Assembly: GCA_040005235.1 (NCBI GenBank)
Contig: JBDTZG010000064.1
Span: 1 to 28,078, forward strand
Source of the DNA: Acidobacteriota bacterium
GTDB taxonomy: Bacteria > Acidobacteriota > Thermoanaerobaculia > Multivoradales > UBA5704
Length of the DNA stretch: 28,078 nucleotides
Reading direction: 5' to 3'
The notes under the pieces are model-generated. The model saw nothing but the letters and a program-made list of their open reading frames with translations, was not told where the DNA came from and made no database searches. Shown piece after piece: positions 15,024 through 23,484 of this stretch. How positions within the stretch are numbered: position 1 is the first letter of the stretch; every line of letters starts with the position of its first letter. The position numbers were made by a program, and so were the translations under genes.

Positions 15024-17122
15024 ACGGCCCGGAAGACCGCCTGTATGAGCTCCTGCCCGCCGCCCACCGGCGGCGCGACTTCGACCAGGGGGAGCCGCTG
15101 CGGGCTCTGCTGCGGGTGATCGCCGAGCAGGTGAGCGCGGTCGAGGAGGACATCGACCAGCTCTATGAGAACTGGTTCATCGAGACCTGCCAGGACTGGG
15201 TGGTGCCGTACCTCGGAGACCTGATCGGTTACCGGCCGGTCCCCGAAGCGGGGCGTCCCGGCGGGGCGGACCTCAACAAGGCTTTGATTCCCCGCCGCGA
15301 GGTGGCGAACACGCTGCGCTACAGGCGGAGCAAGGGGACGCTGGCGCTCCTGGAGCTGCTGGCGCGGGACGTGGCGGGCTGGCCGGCGCGGGCGGTGGAG
15401 CTCTACAAGCTGCTCGGCTTCACCCAGCATATGAGCCATCTCCGGCTCGACCGCGGCCGCACCCTGGACCTGCGCCGAGGCGAGGCCCTGGGCCACCTGG
15501 GGAGCCCGTTCACGGGACCGGCCTACACGGCCGGCGTGGGCCGGCCTCCCGGCCTCTCCGGCGTCGGGCTGTTCGTCTGGCGGCTGCGCTCCTATCCGAT
15601 CACCATGGCTCCCGCCTGCCTGGTGGAGAAGTCGGCGAAGAACCTGTTCACGTTCAGCGTGCTGTGCAATGACGCGCCGCTCTTCGTGCGTCCCATGGCC
15701 GAGGACGATCCCACCGCGATCGCGGGGGAGCTGAACCTTCCCATCCCGATCTCCCGCCGGGCTTTCGAGGCGAGGAAAGGGGATTATTACGGTCCGGACA
15801 AGAGCGTTTACATCTGGGTCGGCAAAAAAGCGAAGGGTTCCACGGAGAGCGTTCCCGAACCGGTCCCGCTGGAGCGCATCGTAGTGGCGGACTTGAGCGA
15901 CTGGCGCTACGCCCCGCCGAAGGACAAGGTGGCGGTGGACCCGGAGACGGGACGGATCGTCTTCCCGCGGGACCGGCGGGACAAGGACGTCTGGGTCTCC
16001 TACAGCTATGGTTTCAGCGCCGACATCGGCGGTGGGGAGTACGATCGGCTCCTTTCGCAGCCGAAAGGCGCGACGGTCATTCAGGTCGCCAAGCGCGGGC
16101 CCAAAAAGGATGACGATCCCCTCCACGTCCGGTCTATCGGCGAAGCCCTTGCGCTCGCCGCGAAGCATCCGCACGCGGTGATCGAGATCCTTGACAGCGA
16201 GTTTTACGCCGAATCGATCGACGTCGATCTGAAGCAGGATCAGACGTTGCAGATCCGCGCGGCGCGGCGGACGCGGCCGGTGATCAGCCTGCCCGAGACG
16301 AGGGTTTCAACGACGGACGCCCTCACCGTGACGGGCGAGGCCGGCAGCGCCTTCACGCTCGACGGGGTGATGGTGGTGGGCCGGAGCGTGCAGGTGCGGG
16401 GGGATCTGGCGGCCTTGACCCTGCGCCACTGCGCCCTGGTGCCGGGCTGGGGACTGGAAAATGATTGCAATCCCCGCTGGCCCAACGAGCCCAGCCTGGA
16501 GCTTTTCGACCTCACCGCCATGCGCGTGGTGATCGAGCGCTCTATCGTGGGCTCGATCTATGTCAGTCAGGACGAGGTGGGCACCGATCCCATTTGGATG
16601 CGGATCAGCGACAGCATCGTGGACGCCACTCGCCCGGACGAGCTGGCCGTGGGCGCGGTAGAGGCCGCCATGGCGCACGTCCGCTTGACGGTGCAGCGGT
16701 GCACGGTCTTCGGACAGGTGCGGGTGCACGCGCTGGATTTGGGAGAGAACAGCATCTTCGAAGGCGTGATCCGCGTGGCGCGGCGCCGGATCGGCTGCCT
16801 GCGCTTCTCCTCTTATCTCCTGGATCCGGACACCCGCACGCCGCGGCGTTTCGAATGCCAGCCCGACCTCGCCGGCGCCGGCGAGGAAGTGCGGGTGCGT
16901 CCGCGCTTCCGCAGCGTGCGCTACGGCTCGCCCCTCTACGCCCGCCTTTCCGACAATTGCGCGGAGGAGATCCGGCGCGGCGCGGACGATCAATCGGAAA
17001 TGGGCGTCTTCCATCACCTTTATGAGCCGCAGCGGGCCGCGAACCTTCGGGCCCGCCTCGAAGAATACACACCGGCCGGCGGGGACGCCGACTTGATCTA
17101 CGCCGACCAGGAGGCACCATGA
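15020..17122 (+). CDS. Baseplate/tail protein with gpI (gp7)-like N-terminus and a probable C-terminal parallel beta-helix
   Basis: N-terminal 'LYELLPA..RRRD...PLRALLRVIAEQ...LYENWFIETCQDWVVPYLGDLIG...KGT' is a gpI-like motif. C-terminal repeats 'LTLRHCAL / VVIERSIVG / MRISDSIVD / LTVQRCTVFG / LGENSIF' are typical of beta-helices. Confidence 0.78.
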   Translation: MNGPEDRLYELLPAAHRRRDFDQGEPLRALLRVIAEQVSAVEEDIDQLYENWFIETCQDWVVPYLGDLIGYRPVPEAGRPGGADLNKALIPRREVANTLRYRRSKGTLALLELLARDVAGWPARAVELYKLLGFTQHMSHLRLDRGRTLDLRRGEALGHLGSPFTGPAYTAGVGRPPGLSGVGLFVWRLRSYPITMAPACLVEKSAKNLFTFSVLCNDAPLFVRPMAEDDPTAIAGELNLPIPISRRAFEARKGDYYGPDKSVYIWVGKKAKGSTESVPEPVPLERIVVADLSDWRYAPPKDKVAVDPETGRIVFPRDRRDKDVWVSYSYGFSADIGGGEYDRLLSQPKGATVIQVAKRGPKKDDDPLHVRSIGEALALAAKHPHAVIEILDSEFYAESIDVDLKQDQTLQIRAARRTRPVISLPETRVSTTDALTVTGEAGSAFTLDGVMVVGRSVQVRGDLAALTLRHCALVPGWGLENDCNPRWPNEPSLELFDLTAMRVVIERSIVGSIYVSQDEVGTDPIWMRISDSIVDATRPDELAVGAVEAAMAHVRLTVQRCTVFGQVRVHALDLGENSIFEGVIRVARRRIGCLRFSSYLLDPDTRTPRRFECQPDLAGAGEEVRVRPRFRSVRYGSPLYARLSDNCAEEIRRGADDQSEMGVFHHLYEPQRAANLRARLEEYTPAGGDADLIYADQEAP

Positions 17123-18513
17123 AAGGCGACTTCTCACGCGTCACTTTCGATCCCCGGAAGAATTTCACCCGCGTCCTGATGCAGCAGGGCCGGGTCCAGC
17201 TCGACGCCGATTGGAACGAGCAGGCGGCGATCCTGCTGCACTATTTGCGGACTCTGGCGGCGGACGTGATCGGACCGTTCGGCGGGCCGAAGGAAGGCCT
17301 AGGCTTCACGATCGCCAAGGTGGAAGCCAACGGCAAGGTCGCGGACCTGACGATCGGACCGGGCCACTATTACGTCGACGGTCTCCTCTGCGAGAACCCG
17401 GGGATCGAAAAACCCGGGGTCGCGGACCGGCAACCGATCGATTACTCCAAGCAGCGCGATTACCCCGAGTTGAGAAACCTTCCCGATAAGTTTCCCTTCC
17501 TGGTATACCTGGACGTCTGGGAGCGGCACATCACCTGGGTTCAGGATGACACCATCCGCGAGGTGGCGCTGGGCAGGCTGGACACCGCCACGAGGGCGCA
17601 GCTCGTCTGGCAGGTGCGGGCGGTCGGCGAGGCGCCCGGCGGCGGCGGCGTGGGCGAGACCAAGGACGCGGTCATGAACCAATGGCAGAAGTGGGTGAGC
17701 TTCTGGCAGCCGCCCAATCGCGGCAAGCTCAAGGCCCGAGCGAAGATGGAAGGCGACGACACCAATCCCTGCATCGCCTCTCCCGAGGCCCGCTACCGGG
17801 GAGCCGAGAACCAGCTCTACCGCGTGGAGATCCAGGCCTACGAAGAAGGTGGCCCAGCCGCCACGAAGACGGTGACCTTCAAGTGGTCGCGGGAGAACGG
17901 CTCGGTGATCTTCCCCATCCGCGGTCTGCGGGGAATGACGGCGCAGCTTGGCAGCCTGGGGCGGGACGAGGCCACCGGCCTGAAGCGGGACGAATGGGTG
18001 GAGCTCGTCGACGACGTGATCGATCTGAGCGGCAAGCCTGGGCCTCTGCTGAAAGTCACGGATATCGACGCCGCCCGCGCCACGGTCACCCTCGAAAAGG
18101 CGGCGGGTGACAACAGCAATCTACCGGGTTATGACGAGCAGGACGAAGCGACGCGGAAGCACGCCTTCCTGCGCCGTTGGGATCACAAGGAGTCCTCGTA
18201 CAAAAAGAAGGAGGATGCGAGGCAGCCGAAGGGTGGCGTGCTCTTCGTGTTCGGCGAGGCCAGCGATGGCTGGCTCTCCCTGGAGAACGGCGTTCAGATC
18301 CAGTTCCAGCTAGAGGGGACCTACCGGCCGGGCGACTACTGGCTGATCCCGGCGCGTACGGCCACGGGGGACGTCGAGTGGCCCGGAACGGTCAAGGAGC
18401 CCGAGGCCGTGCCGCCCCATGGCGTGGAGCACCACTTCGCGCCGCTGGCCCTCGTCATCGACAACAAGCCCGTGGTGGATCTGCAGAGGACCTTCGAGGG
18501 CATGGCTACGTAA
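17119..18513 (+). CDS. DUF6519-family protein (eCIS fibre/baseplate-associated)
   Basis: Motifs 'MKGDFSRVTFDP...VLMQQGRVQLDADWNE', 'GHYYVDGLLCEN', 'LVYLDVWER', 'YRGAENQLYRVEI', 'FKWSRENGS', 'YRPGDYWLIPART', 'GVEHHFAPLA'. Last gene of the operon. Confidence 0.85.
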   Translation: MKGDFSRVTFDPRKNFTRVLMQQGRVQLDADWNEQAAILLHYLRTLAADVIGPFGGPKEGLGFTIAKVEANGKVADLTIGPGHYYVDGLLCENPGIEKPGVADRQPIDYSKQRDYPELRNLPDKFPFLVYLDVWERHITWVQDDTIREVALGRLDTATRAQLVWQVRAVGEAPGGGGVGETKDAVMNQWQKWVSFWQPPNRGKLKARAKMEGDDTNPCIASPEARYRGAENQLYRVEIQAYEEGGPAATKTVTFKWSRENGSVIFPIRGLRGMTAQLGSLGRDEATGLKRDEWVELVDDVIDLSGKPGPLLKVTDIDAARATVTLEKAAGDNSNLPGYDEQDEATRKHAFLRRWDHKESSYKKKEDARQPKGGVLFVFGEASDGWLSLENGVQIQFQLEGTYRPGDYWLIPARTATGDVEWPGTVKEPEAVPPHGVEHHFAPLALVIDNKPVVDLQRTFEGMAT

Positions 18514-18551
18514 CTCGATGAGACGAACTGACTCATTCTACGAGGAGTTAC
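18510..18551. other. Nested inverted repeat between the eCIS stop codon and the tRNA 3' end (possible terminator or att-related site)
   Basis: GTAACTC (18510-18516) pairs with GAGTTAC (18545-18551). An inner pair is ATGAG (18518-18522) with CTCAT (18532-18536). No U-tract. Confidence 0.35.
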
Positions 18552-18577
18552 AGCACTTCACCACCCTGAGGAACGTT

Positions 18578-18653
18578 TGGTAGCGCATACGGGATTCGAA
18601 CCCGTGTTCCCGCCGTGAGAGGGCGACGTCCTAGACCCCTAGACGAATGCGCC
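18578..18653 (-). tRNA. tRNA-Glu (anticodon CTC)
   Basis: The reverse complement is GGCGCATTCGTCTAGGGGTCTAGGACGTCGCCCTCTCACGGCGGGAACACGGGTTCGAATCCCGTATGCGCTACCA (76 nt). It has an acceptor stem, anticodon loop CT-CTC-AC, GGTTCGAATCC T-arm and encoded CCA. Confidence 0.97.
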
Positions 18654-18671
18654 GTACGACCTGCGGCGCGT

Positions 18672-18701
18672 TTTATAGCACAACGCTTCGGGCGACTTCA
18701 A
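18672..18701 (-). promoter_or_regulatory. sigma70-type promoter for tRNA-Glu
   Basis: Minus strand reads TTGAAG-18 bp-TATAAA with an extended -10 TG and a GC-rich discriminator (ACGCGCCGC), about 18 bp upstream of the tRNA 5' end. Confidence 0.7.
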
Positions 18702-18725
18702 ATCCCCCCGGCGCTCTACACCGCT

Positions 18726-21143
18726 CTACTCGCTACGCAGGGCCTCTACCGGATTGACCTGGGTCGCGCGGGTCGCGGGCAGGTAGCTCGCGAAGATTGC
18801 GACTCCGGCGAGCAGGCTCGCGACAGAGAGGATCGAAACCGGATCGTAGGGCTCGACGCCGTAGAGGATTTTCGACAGGGCCATAGAGAGGAGGATGGCG
18901 AGGGGCACGCCAATGGCGACGCCGAGCAGCGCGAGCTTAGCGCCCTGCCCGACCACCAGGCTCAGCACCTGATTGCGCCGGGCGCCGAGCGCCACCCGAA
19001 CGCCGATCTCTCTCCGCCGTTGGCCGACCAGGAAGGAGAGCACGCCGTAGACCCCGATCGCCGCGAGGACGAGCGCGATGGCCGCGAAGATCGAGAACAT
19101 GCCGCCGAAGAAGCGCTGATCCCAAATTCGCGAGTCGAACAGCGCGCGCAGGCTTTGGACGTCGAACACCGGCAGGCCCGGATCGGCGGCCCGAATCTCC
19201 CGGCGCGCCGCGAGAGCGATCGTCTCGGGCGGGCTGCTGGTCCGGATCGAAAAACCGGTGTTCGGAGTCGGCGCCCACAGATACGGGAGGAATGCCGCGG
19301 GTTCCACCCCTTCGTGGCTGGGGTCGAAACCGTCGTAATGGAAATCGGGGACCAGGCCGACCACCGTGATCCACGGTTTGCCCTCTTCCTCCAGCAGCCG
19401 GAAGCGTTGGCCGATCGGATTTTGTTTCGGCCAGCGTTTCTTGGCGAAAGCCTGGTTGATCACCGCAAAAGGTGCCTTGGCCGCGCCTTCGGAGCCGGTG
19501 AACATGCGGCCTGCGACCAGTTTCACTCCAGACGCGCCGAAGAAATGCGCCGTCACGCCGGCCCAATAAGAGTGCGGCTCTTGGCCCGGCTGTGCCGGAT
19601 GGCCGGCGATCTCGATCGCGCCTCCCGCGCCGCCGCCGCCGAGCGGGATCAGGTTCGAAGCCGCCACCGCCTCGACCCCGGGCAACGATTCGAGTCGCCG
19701 CGCGATCTCCTCGACCCGCCGCGCCTTGGCCTGGGGGTCGGCGTAGGTCTCTCCGGGAAGATAGATGCGAAGCGTCATCATCTTGTCGAGGTTGAAACCC
19801 GGATCCGCGCTACGGACCGCGAGGAAACTGCGCATCATGAGCGCGGCGCCGACCAGGAGGACGAGGGCGAGCACCAGCTCGCCGACCACCAGGACGCTAC
19901 GCAGCTGGGACCGGCCGCCGGCCTCGGATCGGCCGCCCGACTTGAGCACCCCTTGCAGGTTTTTGCCCGTGGCCTGAAGCGCCGGAGCGAGGCCGAACAA
20001 AATGCCCGTGGCGATGGCGGCGGCGGCGGTAAACGCCAAAACCGGCCCGTCGATCACGACCCGAATCCAGTACGGCGGCTGGTTGTCCGCGGGGATCGAA
20101 GCCATCATCCAGAACACGCCGAACTTCGCGAGCGCCACGCCCAGCAGGCCGCCGCCCAAGCCGACGAGGACGCTCTCGATCAGGACCTCCCGCACCAGAC
20201 GCCGACGGCCGGCGCCTAGCGCCGCACGCACCGCGAGCTCGCGACCTCGGGAGCTCACCCGCGAAAGGAACAGATTCGCTACATTGGCGCAGGCGATCGC
20301 CAGGACGAACAGGACCATGAACATCATGATCAGCACCATCCGGTCCATGCCTTCGCCGACCATTTCTCGCCGCAGGCTGCGAATTTCGGCGCTCCAGCCC
20401 TTGTCTTCCGGGTAGTCGGCCGCGAGTTGGGTCGCGAACGCCTCCATTTGGGCGCGAGCTTGACCCTCGGTCGCGTGAGGAGCAAGACGGGCGAAGATCG
20501 AGATGCCGCGATCGGCGCGCGGATTCTCGTGATGGTCGAGCGCCAGAGGCTGCCAGGCCAGACATTTCTGCGAAAACTGAAAATTAGGAGGCATCACGCC
20601 GATGATGGTGGACGCCCGGTTGTTGACCAAGATCGAGGTACCGATGACTTGTGGGTTGCCGCCGAAACGGCGCAACCAAAGCTCGTGCGAAATCAGGAGC
20701 GTCCCCGGAGCCCCCGGCCGATCATCTTCCGGCCGAAGCAGGCGGCCCAGCGCGGGTTTGACCCCGAGCAGAGGAAACAGGCTTGCCGACATGTCGAGGC
20801 CGACGATTCGTTCCGGCTCTTCCTGGCCCGCGAGGGTCAGGCTCCGCTCGGTGAACCCGGCGACCTCGGAGAAGGCCCCCTTGTGCTCGACCAGCTCCCG
20901 GTACGCGGGATATGAAAAGTCGGCATGCTCGATGTCGTTTTGCGGCTGTGCCGTATGGAGGGCGAGAATGCGGTCTGGGTCGGCGAACGGAAACGGCCGA
21001 AGCAGGATCGCGTTCACCACGCTGAAGATGGTGGTCGTGGTCCCGATCCCGAGGCCGATACAGGCGATGGCGGCGATCGTCGTGGCCGGGGTTTTTCCCA
21101 GCATCCGCAAGGCGTAGCGGATTTCACGCAGCAGGCTGTCCAC
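18726..21143 (-). CDS. ABC transporter permease, duplicated MacB/FtsX type (ADOP-like orphan permease), about 805 aa
   Basis: Probable start is GTG 21143 with GGGAGGG 7 nt upstream. Motifs 'IRYALRMLGKTP...LGIGTTTTIFSVVNAILLRP', 'LAIACANVANLFL..R.RELAVRAALGA', 'IGVYGVLSFLVGQRRREIGVRVALGA', 'PATRATQVNPVEALRSE'. Confidence 0.93.
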   Translation of the reverse strand: MDSLLREIRYALRMLGKTPATTIAAIACIGLGIGTTTTIFSVVNAILLRPFPFADPDRILALHTAQPQNDIEHADFSYPAYRELVEHKGAFSEVAGFTERSLTLAGQEEPERIVGLDMSASLFPLLGVKPALGRLLRPEDDRPGAPGTLLISHELWLRRFGGNPQVIGTSILVNNRASTIIGVMPPNFQFSQKCLAWQPLALDHHENPRADRGISIFARLAPHATEGQARAQMEAFATQLAADYPEDKGWSAEIRSLRREMVGEGMDRMVLIMMFMVLFVLAIACANVANLFLSRVSSRGRELAVRAALGAGRRRLVREVLIESVLVGLGGGLLGVALAKFGVFWMMASIPADNQPPYWIRVVIDGPVLAFTAAAAIATGILFGLAPALQATGKNLQGVLKSGGRSEAGGRSQLRSVLVVGELVLALVLLVGAALMMRSFLAVRSADPGFNLDKMMTLRIYLPGETYADPQAKARRVEEIARRLESLPGVEAVAASNLIPLGGGGAGGAIEIAGHPAQPGQEPHSYWAGVTAHFFGASGVKLVAGRMFTGSEGAAKAPFAVINQAFAKKRWPKQNPIGQRFRLLEEEGKPWITVVGLVPDFHYDGFDPSHEGVEPAAFLPYLWAPTPNTGFSIRTSSPPETIALAARREIRAADPGLPVFDVQSLRALFDSRIWDQRFFGGMFSIFAAIALVLAAIGVYGVLSFLVGQRRREIGVRVALGARRNQVLSLVVGQGAKLALLGVAIGVPLAILLSMALSKILYGVEPYDPVSILSVASLLAGVAIFASYLPATRATQVNPVEALRSE

Positions 21144-21316
21144 CAGGCGACCCTCCCGAAGAAACGGCAGAAACTCTCTCAAGCCGTCATACGGTCCCGG
21201 TTCGGGCTTTGTTTCGCCCGCCGGTTCCTACCTGGCGTAATCTTTCCTCTGTCACTCACCCCACTGTCGTTCATAGAAACCTCCTTCTAAGCACCGCGCT
21301 TACGAAAAGGACATCC

Positions 21317-23434
21317 TTGTTGAGAAACCGCTGGGCCATACCCGCCGTCGCAATCCTTCTCGCCACCTCTCCCTTCGTTGTCCCGTCTCGGATCTTGGCG
21401 TATACGCAGAGTGGCGTTGGCGTATCGATCTTCAACACCATCCCCATGGGGCACGAATGGGTCACCCGCATGGCGGGAATCGAGCTGCTGGGCTATACAC
21501 CCGCGAGCGCTCCGGACGTCGTCGATCCGAAGGATCCCCGCTCCGGCTGGACGCTGGGGAAGGCCAAGAATCTCAACCTGTCGTCCCCCGGCGCTCAGGC
21601 TGAGGTTCAGCGCATCAAAGGGGTTGCCTGTCCTCAGTCGGATGATGCGTGTGCACGCTATGCCGCGCGATACAAGCCCGTCTACGATGCCATCGTCGGG
21701 GAGCGCTGGGTCGATATCGCCGGCTATAACGTGATTGCGGGTAAGGTGCCCGCCATCGCCAGCGACTGTTGGGACGCGGTCGCCCAGGAACCCGTCGAGG
21801 TGCAGTACGACCACTTCATGCGCCGTTACGACGACAGCAATGGAGAGGGCGGTTCCGGTGCCGCCTATCGCTCTCAGGTTCGCTTCATCAAATATTTTGT
21901 CGCGGCGGCCATGGCCCCCTCGAGCGTCATCTCGGTTTATGACGGAGGCGCCGCCGGTTCTACCGCAGTCCAGGTGGACCGCAACTACTTTCTGTTTGGC
22001 CGCACGGTTCATCTCTTCGAGGATTCGTTCAGCTCCGAGCACACGGTTCGCGTCGACGTCGACAACTTCACGAAGGTGCGTCAGGTGAAGAGCTACCTCT
22101 GCGCGAAAGGCTCTGAGCAGCACACCCACTCCAACCTAGAGACTCTCAGCTACGCGAGCGGCGATGTGGTCTGGAACAAGGGCACGGGGCTGAATCCTTT
22201 CTGGGGCGGCTACAAGGCCAGCAATATGAAAACTCCCGCCCTCGTGGCGGTGGAGGCCACCAAGGACCTGTGGGCGGCATTCATCCGCACTATGGGGATA
22301 CCTCCGGCCCAGCGCGAGGCCGTGGCCGTCGCAGAAGCGACGGCGCTGGTCAACAACTGGTTGAGTTTCGACTCGCAGGAGGTGACCGGCTGGTATGCGA
22401 ACCCGGCGAACCGGCTCGAAAAATACGTTCTGGCCGATGGCGACAGCGGCCCCGGCGATACCGTGCAGCAGTGCATGGACCGGCTCAGCAAGGGCACCAC
22501 GCAGCAGGCTTACGTGGCAAAGCTGCAGGCCCTGCAAAACGTGTGTCTCTACAACGCCGTCCCATGGCCCGGCTACGAGGATCTCTTCGACACGTCGATG
22601 CACACCTACTTTTCCTGGCAGTGGAGATCGCCGCTTACGTACCAGCAGCCTCCGGCGGGTTGGACGATCCCCGACCTTCCCGCGGACAGCGGAACCCGCG
22701 TTCGGATCAAGAGCGTCGTCAATGGCCAGTACCTGACTGCGCCAAGCGGCCTCGCCTCGGGGAGCTACGTCTACGCCAAGGGGGGAAGCGCGCCGCTCGA
22801 ATTTACGCTCGTCGGCGCCAGGGATGCACTCGGTGTCAGGGACAATGCAACGCTGCGAATGACCGACGCGCCGTTGCTCTTCCTCAGCTACACCGCCGTC
22901 ACCGGCGCGGGCCAGCTCTTCGCACCCGGGTGGGTGCTCTCCCCGACCAACTATACGATCACTCGGATCGGCCAGACGCAGAATTCGGCGATCAAGAGCA
23001 TTTACTGGAACGAGTACCTGTATCTCAATGCCGCGACTCAGTCGCCCTACATCGACAATAGCGGCAACCCAGGTAACGCCAACGCCCAGTGGTATCTCGA
23101 ACCCAAGCAGAACGTCACGTCCGGCAACCAATGCTGTTGGGATCGCCTGGTCCAAGGCTGCTCGAAAGACTCGCAGTGCGATCCCGGCGGAGAGGGCTGC
23201 GTCTATTCCGGCACGAAGACCGCTCAATACGGAGCCTTCCAGTGCAATGTCACCAAGTGTTGCTGGGATCGCTTGTTGCAGAGCTGTTCGCAATCGTCCG
23301 AGTGCGACCCCGGTGGCGAAGGCTGCATCGCCTCCGGCACTCCGACGCTGACCTACGGTACCTTCCAATGCAACACCTGTGAGATGCAGGGCCAGGTCTA
23401 CGACCGCGCTACAAGTTCCTGCAAACCGAAGTAG
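21317..23434 (+). CDS. Secreted putative Zn-dependent phospholipase C/P1-nuclease-fold protein (hemolysin-like) with beta-trefoil and Cys-rich repeat domains
   Basis: Probable start TTG 21317 or 21320 after AAAAGGA. Signal peptide RNRWAIPAVAILLATSPFVVPSRILA|YTQ. Candidate metal motifs PMGHEWVTR, GERWVD, YDHFMR and GRTVHLFEDSFSSEH. Region 22694-23104 shows three IKS..NxxYL-like repeats ending in QW. The fold call is an inference. Confidence 0.65.
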   Translation: MLRNRWAIPAVAILLATSPFVVPSRILAYTQSGVGVSIFNTIPMGHEWVTRMAGIELLGYTPASAPDVVDPKDPRSGWTLGKAKNLNLSSPGAQAEVQRIKGVACPQSDDACARYAARYKPVYDAIVGERWVDIAGYNVIAGKVPAIASDCWDAVAQEPVEVQYDHFMRRYDDSNGEGGSGAAYRSQVRFIKYFVAAAMAPSSVISVYDGGAAGSTAVQVDRNYFLFGRTVHLFEDSFSSEHTVRVDVDNFTKVRQVKSYLCAKGSEQHTHSNLETLSYASGDVVWNKGTGLNPFWGGYKASNMKTPALVAVEATKDLWAAFIRTMGIPPAQREAVAVAEATALVNNWLSFDSQEVTGWYANPANRLEKYVLADGDSGPGDTVQQCMDRLSKGTTQQAYVAKLQALQNVCLYNAVPWPGYEDLFDTSMHTYFSWQWRSPLTYQQPPAGWTIPDLPADSGTRVRIKSVVNGQYLTAPSGLASGSYVYAKGGSAPLEFTLVGARDALGVRDNATLRMTDAPLLFLSYTAVTGAGQLFAPGWVLSPTNYTITRIGQTQNSAIKSIYWNEYLYLNAATQSPYIDNSGNPGNANAQWYLEPKQNVTSGNQCCWDRLVQGCSKDSQCDPGGEGCVYSGTKTAQYGAFQCNVTKCCWDRLLQSCSQSSECDPGGEGCIASGTPTLTYGTFQCNTCEMQGQVYDRATSSCKPK
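23132..23374 (+). repeat. Two-copy 42-aa (126-bp period) Cys-rich tandem repeat
   Basis: CCWDRLVQGCSKDSQCDPGGEGCVYSGTKTAQYGAFQCN versus CCWDRLLQSCSQSSECDPGGEGCIASGTPTLTYGTFQCN. Copies start at 23132 and 23258. Confidence 0.93.
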
Positions 23435-23445
23435 TTCGCCCCGGT

Positions 23446-23477
23446 GCCCGCCGTACGGCGACGCGTCGACGGCGGGC
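23446..23477. terminator. GC-rich hairpin between convergent genes, possible terminator
   Basis: GCCCGCCGT (23446-23454) and ACGGCGGGC (23469-23477) form a perfect 9-bp stem. There is no strong U-tract. Confidence 0.5.
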
Positions 23478-23484
23478 TCGTTGT

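Noticed and set aside
5025-17137. Long minus-strand ORFs (5025-6593, 6654-7946, 7925-9046, 9190-11094, 13611-14963, 14969-16174 and others)
   Set aside because: These are antisense shadows of high-GC3 genes, with no recognisable motifs and full overlap with well-supported plus-strand genes.
1-18513. Prophage tail cluster or type VI secretion system
   Set aside because: No head, packaging, tape-measure or TssJLM/TssK/ClpV genes are visible. The Afp15-type ATPase, DUF4157 and DUF6519 genes point to an eCIS.
18615-20219. 534-aa plus-strand ORF
   Set aside because: It is antisense to the ABC permease and overlaps the tRNA, so it is treated as a shadow ORF.
21209-21316. Extended start of the 741-aa ORF
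   Set aside because: No RBS at 21209. The RBS and signal peptide support a start at 21317 or 21320.
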